Assembly (NCBI RefSeq): GCF_006345805.1
Contig: NC_042997.1
Coordinates: 31,248,001 to 31,312,000, forward strand
DNA from: Octopus sinensis
Taxonomy: Eukaryota
DNA length: 64,000 nt
Reading direction: 5' to 3'
Every line of letters starts with the position of its first letter. The stretch's first letter is position 1. This document shows, one piece after another, positions 53,761 to 64,000 of the stretch. Position numbers and translations under genes: made by a program. The notes beneath the pieces were generated by a model. The model ran no database searches. It saw only the letters and a list, made by a program, of their open reading frames with translations, and was not told the DNA's origin.

Positions 53761-54265
53761 AAAAAATGTTATTTATAGCAGACGTTCTCTCGACATCGTT
53801 CACATGCGCCTGGCTCGGGCTCATAAGTTACAGCCCGAATTGTTATCTATAATCGTAAAAATTAAAAGTAATTCTAATTCAATGTTTTCTTGAAACAATA
53901 AGTTTCTATAGAGATTAGGATTTAAATTCTAATCTATGAAAAGCTTCCGTTCAACAATATTCTTAGAGGAACGCAAAATTATCCAGCAACTCACGCCAAT
54001 ACACACATGTTTGTTGTGCACTCCGCTATTGTTATTTGATTGCTGTTACTCTGTGCGTCTGTGTGCAAAGATCAGTTGTGTTTTGCAGGGTTGCTTTATT
54101 TTAACCCTTCACTTAGAAATGGAGAAAGACATAGTGCTAGATATAAAAATATAAGCCATTTGGGGCTAGAAATAAAGCGGGAAAAAATGAAATTCTTCGA
54201 GCAGGCATGTCTCACGTGCGCGAAATCTGTGATGAGACCGAGTGATGCTGATAACCTGGAGTCGC

Positions 54266-54347
<82 letters not shown>

Positions 54348-54434
54348 GTATGTATAATATATATATGTATGGTGTGTGTATGTATGTATGTATGTAGTAT
54401 GTATGTATTGTATGTATGTATGTATGTATGTATG

Positions 54435-54465
<31 letters not shown>

Positions 54466-54589
54466 ATATAATCATATATATATATATGCACACATATATA
54501 TGTGCGTGTGTGTGAATGTATGCATATTATATGTAGACGTATATGTATATGTATTAGCTGTGTGTATAGACATATATAAGTGTATGCAT

Positions 54590-54628
<39 letters not shown>

Positions 54629-54919
54629 TATATATATACATATCAAATTCAATTTCATACTACTATTTACATATACACGCACATACATACACATGTAAAC
54701 ATTAGTATGAAATTAAATTTCATTGAGATTAAATTTCACTGGTATTTTAACAAGCTGTCAGCCGAAATTTCAAGAGCCAGTCAACAAAAACATTAATTAT
54801 AAATTTGATAGTACATTTCGCACCAATTCTTTCCATCAGTGAGTTTTCTTCAAGACAATAACCTTAAATAGAATTATACATGTATGGGTGTGTGTATGTA
54901 CGTATGTGTATATGCATAT

Positions 54920-54951
<32 letters not shown>

Positions 54952-55029
54952 ATATATATGTATATATATATATATGTATTATATATAATATATATATATA
55001 TATATATGCATAGTGTGGTTGTGTGTGTG

Positions 55030-55345
55030 TGAAAGCGCAGTGGATAGTGCGTCGAGCTTACGATCGTGGGGTTGTGAGCTCGAAACCCGGACCGGGATAT
55101 TTAGACACCTTATTTCACGTTGCTCCCAGTTCACTCAGCTGTAGAAATGAGTTGCGACGTCACAGGTGCCATGCTCTATCGGCTGTTACCTTTCCCTTGG
55201 ATAACACTGGTGGCGTGGAGAGGGGAGGCCGGTATGCATGGGCGACTGCTGGTCTTCCATAAACAACCTTGCTCGGACTTGTGCCTGGGAGGGTAACTTT
55301 CTAGGTGCAATCCTATGGTCTGTGTCGTGACCGAATGGGGTCTTA
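55030..55345 (+). mobile_element. tRNA-derived SINE (other family)
   Basis: GCGCAGTGGATAG..GAGCTCGAAACCC head, then the CACGTTGCTCCCAGTTCACTCAGCTG domain shared with 63290-63310 (inverted). Confidence 0.6.
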
Positions 55346-55433
55346 GAATATATATATAAATGTGACCGCGTGTGTACCGTTGGCGATTTTTTTCCCCTCT
55401 GTCTTCCCTTCTCTGGATCTTTCATTCTCCTAT

Positions 55434-55468
55434 GTTTCCGACGAAGAGCTCCGCTCGAAACGTTAAAC
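55434..55468 (+). ncRNA. hammerhead motif, U4C core variant
   Basis: Identical to 2458-2492. Confidence 0.5.
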
Positions 55469-55579
55469 CCTCCTTCTTTCCTTCTTTACTGAGCGTCCAA
55501 TAATACTATATTTGTTCAACGTCCTCGCGTTGTTGTGTTTTTTTGTGCATTCTTGTTTGGATTTATTAACTTACATATA

Positions 55580-55623
<44 letters not shown>

Positions 55624-56042
55624 TTCCAAAGAAAACATTATTAGTTCCTAAACAGTAGTAAAAGAGTAGTAAAACAGTAGTAAAACAGTAGTAAAAGAGT
55701 AAAAGAGTAAAGAGAGTAGTATTTCTTCTCAGTAAAATAAAGCACCATCAGGTTAAAGTATAAATATGGAATAGCGTAACAACTTTTTCACTGTTCTCGG
55801 TCTCTTAATGGCCAGGCGTTCAGACGAGCATTCCCGCACTGATGTAGCAACATTCGAAATTTTGTCTTGGTGAATCTAGCCGAAGAGAACTAATCAATTT
55901 TACGTTAACAAAAGTAATTTGGAAAGTTCGAAACCTAGGTCCTAGATTATCTACATCTGGGTTGTAAATTTGTTTGATGTTCTTTCTACACGTAAGATGA
56001 ATATTTTTATGTTCGCCGCCCACAAACATCTTTGCCAATATA

Positions 56043-56093
<51 letters not shown>

Positions 56094-56397
56094 ATATGTA
56101 TATATTGTTATATTTCGGAATGGTCATATTGCTAGTTTACCCAATAAAAACACACGCACTATATATTTGGTGTTATTTTGCTTCAGTGTTATTAGCTAAA
56201 CTGGCAATATGACCATTCCGAAATATAACAATATCTGTTTCAACATACGACTTCATATAAAAAATCTTGCACAACAAATATTTAAACGTATATGTATATA
56301 TATACACACACACTCACACACGCACACGCACACACATACACATACACACACACACGTACACTCACACACACATGCACGCATACATATGTATGATAAC

Positions 56398-56590
56398 TAG
56401 CACTCCGTCGGTTACGTCGACGAGGGTTCCAGTTGATCCAATCAACGGAACAACCTGTTCGTGAAATTAATGTGCAATTAAGTGGCTAAGAACTACACAG
56501 ACATGTGTACCCTTAGCATAGTTCTCAGGGAGATCCATTTTGAAACAGAAAGTGACAAGGCTGGCTCTTTGAATTAAAGGTACAGCTCAG
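56398..56590 (-). mobile_element. family C-type SINE tail
   Basis: AGCACTCCGTCGGTTACG..TGTGAAATTAATGTGC..GTGACAAGGCTGG is the inverted match to 20400-20580. Confidence 0.72.
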
Positions 56591-56592
56591 CA

Positions 56593-56680
56593 ATAAAGAC
56601 TGATACCTGGTATTAACTAAAGGAATATTGATGTTATAACATCAATATTCCTTTAGTTAATACCACGTATCAGTCTTTAT
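56593..56680. repeat. spacer-less palindrome, 44-bp arms
   Basis: Centre GATGTTA|TAACATC at 56636/56637, with one mismatch. Confidence 0.92.
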
Positions 56681-56839
56681 AGATACAAGTTAAATAAGTA
56701 AATAAACAAGTTCTAGTTTAAATACTTGAATTATTGTACATTTTCTATAAATCTCTATTGATGTTCATAAGGTATATCTACTTCATCATGGTTTTAGTGA
56801 TTAAGCTATTTGATTCCTTTTCTATGGTCTGAGCAGTGT

Positions 56840-57665
56840 GCACATGGAAAGTTGCGTCGTTGCTCGTGTGGATTTCCAAGTCATGCACCGACTCTAACTC
56901 TGGGATTACATTGCCTGCTGGTCCCGTGCACTTTAGCCGTAGTTTGTTTGTGGTCTGATAGCGGAGGGCTTGAAATTTTGCGTCACGGAATTGTATATTA
57001 TTCTCATCAGCCCATTTATATATTGTGTTCAGCTCATTCTGCACTCTTAGGATGTCAGCAGAATCCTTGACTGCCTGCAATACTTTTGTATCATCGGCGT
57101 AGTTGGTGAGTGTGGCTGACTCTATGGCTGAGGGCATGTCCGAGAGAGAAACCACAAACAGTAGTGGATCCAGCACTGTTCCCTGGGGGACTCCACTGAG
57201 GATTGGTGTCACTTCAGAGAGAGCACTATTTGCTGTGATATCCTGATTTCTGTCCTTCAGAAAATCATGCTGCTACTCTCTCAATCTACCAGCGATGCTG
57301 AGGTCACGCAATTTGTGACATATCATCCCATGATCGACTTTGACAAAGGCCTTGACAAAGTCGAAATATATCACATCCATTTTTGAATGGTTGAGCTGTT
57401 GTTTTAATACCCAGTCGAAGTGCTGTAGTAGCTGTGCTAGGCAGCTCCTTCCAGGACAGAAACCATGTTGCGTGTCTGTAAGCATGTAATTTTCCTCTAG
57501 GAACATGGTCAGTCATTTTCTGACAATACGTTCCATGATCTTGCTAACATGTGAGGCCAGAGAGATAGATCTGTAGTTTAAAGAATCTGCTCTGCTTCCT
57601 TCTTTGTGGACAGGGCAGATTAGTCTCTCTTTCAACGTTTGGGGAAATGTACCGCATTGTGTTTA
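56840..57665 (-). pseudogene. CR1/L2-clade LINE reverse transcriptase fragment
   Basis: The minus strand reads PVHKEGSRADSLNYRSISLASHVSKIMERIV, QHGFCPGRSCLAQL, VIYFDFVKAFVKVDH, SGVPQGTVLDPLLF and YADDTK. These are the standard non-LTR RT motifs in order, with stops and frameshifts. Confidence 0.93.
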
Positions 57666-57895
57666 AATACATACATACATACATACATACATACATACAT
57701 ACATACATAAATGTGACCTTGTGTGTACCGTTGGCGATTTTTTTCCTCTGTCTTCCCTTCTCTGGATCTTTCCTTCTCCTATGTTTCCGACGAAGAGCTC
57801 CTTCTTTCCTTCTTTCTTGAGCGTCCAATAATACTATATTTGTTTCACGTCCTCGCGTTGTTGTGTGTTTTTTTTGTGCTTTCTTGTTTGGATTA

Positions 57896-57961
<66 letters not shown>

Positions 57962-57962
<1 letters not shown>

Positions 57963-58353
57963 TAGCAGTATCGCCCGGCATTGCTCGGGTTTGTAAGGGA
58001 AATCACTATACAGCATTTTTAGAGAGTTATAGCCAAAAAATAGCAAAAAAATGCATAAAAATGGAAAAATATGATGGTAAATTTTTTTTAAAATCGTTGA
58101 CTTATCGTAGACATTTTAGAGAGTTACTTCCCTTTAAAAAAATATGCATGAAAATGGAAAAAAAATGATGGTAAATATTTTTTAAAATCGTAGACTCATC
58201 GTAGACGCGCGCTAATACCCAGAAGGGCTCGATATGAATCACGACTATAAGATACCCGGTTTTGGTTACACTGCACCGCAAAATGTGGGAGTAGTTAGGA
58301 ATCTAAATCGAAGGGGACAGACACTCACACAACTACAGTTTTATATATAAAGA
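57962..58353 (-). mobile_element. non-autonomous Helitron
   Basis: On the minus strand it begins A|TC and ends hairpin-CTAG|T, the canonical Helitron termini and A-T target, with no TSD. It lies beside a (TA)n tract. Confidence 0.83.
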
Positions 58354-58573
58354 TATTACATATATATATATATATTATATATATATTATATATATATATA
58401 TATTATATATATATATATATACCAGTCATAGCAGAAATTTGAAGTTCTATAATAATCATATCGTAAGGTTATAAAAAAGGACAGGGTGAGAAATTTCAAA
58501 CATCATCTTTATGATTTTTAAAGCCTCTTGTTAGCAACCCAGCAGCAGCAGCAGCAGTAGTAATGGTGGTGGC

Positions 58574-58610
<37 letters not shown>

Positions 58611-59117
58611 TCAGTAATAGCAGCAACAGCGGCGTTAGATTGCAGCAATTTAGAAATTACATTGAATATTAACAAGTGTAGAATATTAGTTGGCTTGAGA
58701 ATGTTAATGATGGAGACGATAGGGAGAAGAAGAAGCAAGCTGTATTAAAAATCAGTGATATAGCATAATGGTGATATGACGATACGACTGACGATATGTC
58801 GACGCACTTTGTTGGATCCAGATTAGAAGACGTCCAGGAAAGATAATATTAATACGAAGACAGATAACATATGCGTGTAAAAAATAAACATATAGACGTA
58901 GACCGTTTAGATATAAGCCTTTACATTAAATCCAGACGTTTGTGTATGTGTTTATGTATATAGGTTTGTACTTTTTATATGTTTGATTGCCTTCTTAAAT
59001 ATTAGTATATCTGTATATGTGTATATGTATATATGTATGTTTGAATGGATGATCGTATGTGTGTATGTATGTACGTATATATGTATGTATGCATATATAT
59101 GTATACATACATACATA

Positions 59118-59162
<45 letters not shown>

Positions 59163-59318
59163 CTATACATATATATGTAGTATACTATATATATATACAT
59201 ATATATACATATATATGTATATATGTACTATATATATATATATATATATATATACGTGTATGTGTGCGTAAATACATTCATGTATATATACTCACATATA
59301 TGTATGTATATATATATG

Positions 59319-59381
<63 letters not shown>

Positions 59382-59615
59382 ATGTAAATATCCGCATTAC
59401 ACATATATATGTTACATATACATGTATATTTAATTCATATCTGGGTGTGTTGTATCTGTGTGTGTATGTGAGTGCGTAGACGCGTGCAGAGGTATAGTCA
59501 TGCAGACAAGAAACTTCCGCGTGTATTTAGTAGACAAACAATTGTATATTTGTACTGTTATACAGAAATATGTTTGCCTACGCACACATATACATACATA
59601 CATACATACATACAT

Positions 59616-59682
<67 letters not shown>

Positions 59683-59989
59683 ATGAGTGAATATATATAT
59701 ATATATATGTGTGTTACATCTACATCTACAGACATACGCACACAGATATACACACGCGCATACACATTTACAAGCAGACGTACACACCTATAGATAAAGA
59801 TGCGTATATCACCATATATGTGTATGAATATGTATGTGTATGCGTGTTATATAAATTGTTAATTTATTCATGGGATTAGGACGGGAAAGGCATAATAGTA
59901 TATGGATAACGAGTTGTAGCATTGAATGTTAAGATGGCTAGTGATAGCGGAAATATTCGCTATTGGCCAGAGAAATATTCGGGATTGGG

Positions 59990-60297
59990 CTGATTGTGAG
60001 TATACCGTGATGATAGGAGATGATGCTGGTGGTGGTGATGATGATGGTGGTGGTGGTGGTGATGATGATGATGATGCAGGGATTGGTGGTGGTGGTGGTG
60101 GTGTGGTAGTGGCGGTGGCTAAAAGCTGTGATGGTCATGACAGTTTTATGATGATGATGATGATGACGATGATGATGATGACGATGATGATGATGTTGGT
60201 GATTATGATGATGCGACGATGACGACGACAACGACGACGACGTCGACAACGACAATGAAGGTGGTAGTTGTGGTTGTTGTTGTTGGTGAGGGTGGTA

Positions 60298-60354
<57 letters not shown>

Positions 60355-61126
60355 GGGAGGATGGTGGTGTTTTGAAGATAATGATAAAGTGGATTGTGAT
60401 GGCGAGTAGTAATGAAGATGATGATGATAATGATGGTGATGACGGATGCGATGATGACTATGACGATGATGACAACGACAACGACAATGATCATGGTGAT
60501 GACAACAATGATGATGATGATGATGACGGGGTGATGCTGCTGCTGCTGCTGATGATGATGATGATAGCGACAACAACGATGATAGAGGCCAGATATATTG
60601 GTACAGTTAGCACAATGCTGCATATGTTGCTGTTTGTGGGACCGAAGATTACTAGGATGATGATGATGATGATAATGATAATGACTGCAGTGATGATGAG
60701 GCTGGATATTATGGAAGTGATGGTGACGATGATGATGTTGAAGAAGAAGATGATGGCGCTGGCGTCGGAGGCGATGATCGTTGTTGTGATAGTGACGAAT
60801 GATGCTTATCGAATTTTCAATTGACTTGCTGGCTAAGAAGATGATGACGATGATGATGATGGTGATGATGGTGATGATGATTATGATGATGATGGTGGTG
60901 ATGATGACGATGGTGATGATGATGGTGATGATGACGATGATGATGATGACAACGATGATGATGATGATGATAATGATGATGCTGGCGATGATGATGATGG
61001 TGACGATGATGATGGCGACGATGACGACGATGACGACGACGACGATGATGATGATGACGATAATGACGACGACGATGATGATGGTGGTGGTGATGGTGGT
61101 GGTGGTGGTGATGATATGATGATGAT

Positions 61127-61178
<52 letters not shown>

Positions 61179-61500
61179 GGCAATGATGATGGTGAGTATG
61201 ATGGTGATGATGTTGATATGGCTGTTGGTGCCGGTGACGTGGCGATGATATTGATGATGGTTGCCTCTGGTGATGATGAAATGGCTGATAGTAATGCTGC
61301 TGGTGTTGATGATGACGAACATTATGATGATTAATTAGCTGATTGATAACGTTCTTGATTATGATGGAATTGAAGACGATGGTGAGGGTGATGATGATGT
61401 TGATGATGATGATGATGATGATGGGTGGGGATGGCCGTGGTGGGGATGATGAAGACGATGATGATGATGGTGATGGTAACAACGACGACGATGATAGAGG
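59990..61500 (+). repeat. 1.5-kb degenerate (GAT/GGT/GAC)n tract
   Basis: Seen directly. It produces the spurious poly-M/D/H/I/S ORFs. Confidence 0.95.
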
Positions 61501-61625
61501 CCAGATGCGTTGTAAATCATGGACGTGTATCTGTGTGTGTGTGTATGTGTGCGTGTAAGGGTGTGTGTTTGTGATGGATAGGGAGAGAAAGAGGATGACA
61601 GGGGAGAAAATGAGAGAAGGAGAGT

Positions 61626-61667
<42 letters not shown>

Positions 61668-61941
61668 AGAGAAGAGAGAGAGAGAGAGAGATTTAAATCG
61701 GCCGGAGAATAGATTGAGAGATAAAAAAAAAAGTCTAAAGAGACTTCTTTTCCATACGCAAAATGGATGGAAAAATAAAGGATTGAAGGAAAATCAGGGA
61801 GTCAGAGGGAAAAAGCGGGATCAGTTGTGATAATAATGACTGCAATTGTGGCTGTGGAATTGGTCGAGAATTTGGTTGAAATGAAGGTAGCCAGGGTGAC
61901 AGTTTGGCATTAGTAGTGATATTGATATTATGGTGAGTGAA

Positions 61942-62778
61942 GGTGGCGAGCTGGCAGAAACATTAGCACGCCGGGCAAAATGTTTAGCGGTATTTCTGAG
62001 TTCAAATTCAGCCGAGGTCGACTTTGCCTTTCATCCTTTCGGGGTCGATAAATTAAGTACCGAATGCGTACTGTGGTCGATCTAATCGACTGGCTCCCTT
62101 CCACCAAATTTCAGGCTTTGTGCCTACAGTCGGAAAGAATAGTCGAAGGCAGCGAGCTGGCCGGGCGAAATGTATAGCGGTATTTCGTCTGCCGTTATGT
62201 TCTGAGTTCAAATTCCGCCGAGGTCGACTTTGCCTTTCATTCTTTCGGAGTCGATAAATTAAGTACCAGTTAAGCACTGGGGTCGAAATAATCGACTTAA
62301 TCATCCCTTTGTCTGTCCTTGCTTGTCCCCTCTATGTTTGGTCCCTTGTGGGCAATAAAGAAATAAGAAACGTTAGCATGCCGGGCGAAATGTATAGCGG
62401 TATTCCGTCTGCCGTTACGTTCTGAGTTTAAATTCCGCCGAGGTCGACTTTGCCTTTCATTCTTTCGGAGTCGATAAATTAAGTACCAGTTACGCACTGG
62501 GGCCGATGTAATCGACTTAATACCTATGTCTGTCCTTGTTTGTCCCCTCTATGTTTAGTCCCTTGTGGGCAATAAAGAAATAAGAAACGTTAGCATGCCG
62601 GGCGAAATGCTTAGCGGTATTTCGTGTCTTAACGCTCTGAGTTCAAATTCCACCGAGATCGACTTTGCCTTTCATCCTTTCGAAGTCGATAAATTAAGTA
62701 CCAAATGCGTACTGGGGTCGATCTAATCGACTGCCCCCCTCCCTTAAAATTTCGGGCCTTGTGCCTAGAGTAGAAAAG
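61942..62778 (+). mobile_element. SINE family A tandem array (four units)
   Basis: Four head-to-tail units. The internal period is about 217 bp (junctions near 62358 and 62575). Confidence 0.85.
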
Positions 62779-63164
62779 ATGTTATTGTGATGATTTGTTG
62801 TTTTTGTAATAGTTCGTTGATTCTGAATGTATTGGTGGTAGTATTTCTGGTACTGCTCGTAGTAATCTTGAAGTGGTGGTAGTACTGGTGGTAATACTTC
62901 TAATGGTAGTGGTGGCGGTGGTGATAGTCGTCGTAGTAGTGGTTATGGTTAATTCTGTATTTGTAGTTCTGGTGTCCGGGCATAGCTTTAAACTGCATCC
63001 CGGTGTGATACTCTAGTTCGGAAGTTCTAGAGTTGCGAGAAGCATGGAGTCACCCCTTAATCGTCATTATTCCCAGGTCCGTTCTGACTCGGAATGGTAG
63101 TACCTGCTAGCTGTATGGGTAGATTGAGCTCCTTAGCCGCGGTGAAAGGAATGGTAAAGGTAAA

Positions 63165-63410
63165 AGTAAAGGTCACCTTCTCGAGTCATACGGATTCATA
63201 AAGGGGCCAGTTTCCCGGTTTCTATGGCGTATACATTCCCCACCTGGACGGGACGCCGGTCCATCGCAGGGTTACTCACTTTTGCCAGCTGAGTGAACTG
63301 GAGCAACGTGAAGTGACATGTTTTGCTCAAGGACACAATGCGTCGCCCGGTCCAGGGATCGAAACCATGATCATGAGTCCAACACTCTAACTACTAAACC
63401 AAGCGCCTCC
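63165..63410 (-). mobile_element. tRNA-derived SINE (other family)
   Basis: Minus-strand head GGAGGCGCTTGGTTTAGTAGTTAGAG..GGTTTCGATCCC, with the central domain shared with 35710-35750. Confidence 0.65.
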
Positions 63411-64000
63411 ACGGTCAAAGAACTCAATCTCGGCGAAGGAAAACTTCAAAATTAATACCCTCTTCCATCTTGGCCTAAGCCAGCACGGAAGAGTACGGCT
63501 GATGAAACCAACATGAGGCATGTCAAACAACATAGATTTGAGGCAACTATCTCATGTTAGCGGGCGTTCTGTCGCAGGCAGAAATAGCGAGAAATAATGA
63601 GTTCTGCTGTTGTTATAAGTGGTTCTGGTGGTAGTTGTGGTGCTAGTAGTTCTGTTGGAAGTGGGCAGAAGTTTTAGTAGTGGCTATTGTTGAGGTAGTT
63701 TTTGTGATATTGGTGATAGAAATAAATGTCGTATTGGTGGTGCAACCAGTAACGATTAAGTTAAAGTTAAGGCAGTTATTACTGTTCTATATTTAAGAGA
63801 TGAGGAATTATGTACATTATTTACATTATTTACAATCGACGGATATTTGTCCTTATCTTGTTTGTTGTTAACACAACGTTTCGGTTGATATACCCTCCAG
63901 CCCACGGACATATGGCGTAGTGTTAAAAGAGCGGGCTACAACTAATAAAAGCAACAACATCGAAAAAATACCTTAGGAATGAGAACTCAGGTTCGATAAA

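Noticed and set aside
59926-61482. ORFs of 200-395 aa rich in His, Ile, Met, Asp or Ser
   Set aside because: This is a degenerate trinucleotide repeat open in several frames on both strands, with no domain or splice evidence.

Overview
About 50-60% of this window (by eye) is microsatellite or low-complexity DNA: (TA)n, (TACA)n, (AAT)n, (GAT)n, (TATC)n, (CA)n and (GA)n. The rest is mostly decayed transposable elements. The SINE families resemble ones I recall from octopus genomes, so the source is probably a cephalopod (inference). No host protein-coding gene is identifiable. Nearly all supplied ORFs are microsatellite translations, and only a few weak orphan exon candidates remain. Protein-level relics are a mariner transposase (27.4-28.1 kb, cut by a 100-N gap), a CR1-like RT (56.8-57.7 kb), a Tx1/L1 RT (44.6-45.35 kb) and several R4/Dong-type restriction-like-endonuclease 3' ends (42.9-45.9 kb). 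Two small non-autonomous Helitrons and many tRNA-derived SINEs are also present. The most interesting signals are: (1) three unrelated short repeat families that each carry a minimal type I hammerhead ribozyme with covarying stems and an ACGU palindrome, including one copy that ends at the predicted cleavage site; (2) a co-oriented stack of R4/Dong 3' ends separated by (AAT)n tracts; (3) several long fold-back palindromes; (4) SINE multimers, one bounded by a single 14-bp target-site duplication. All alignments and folds were done by eye.
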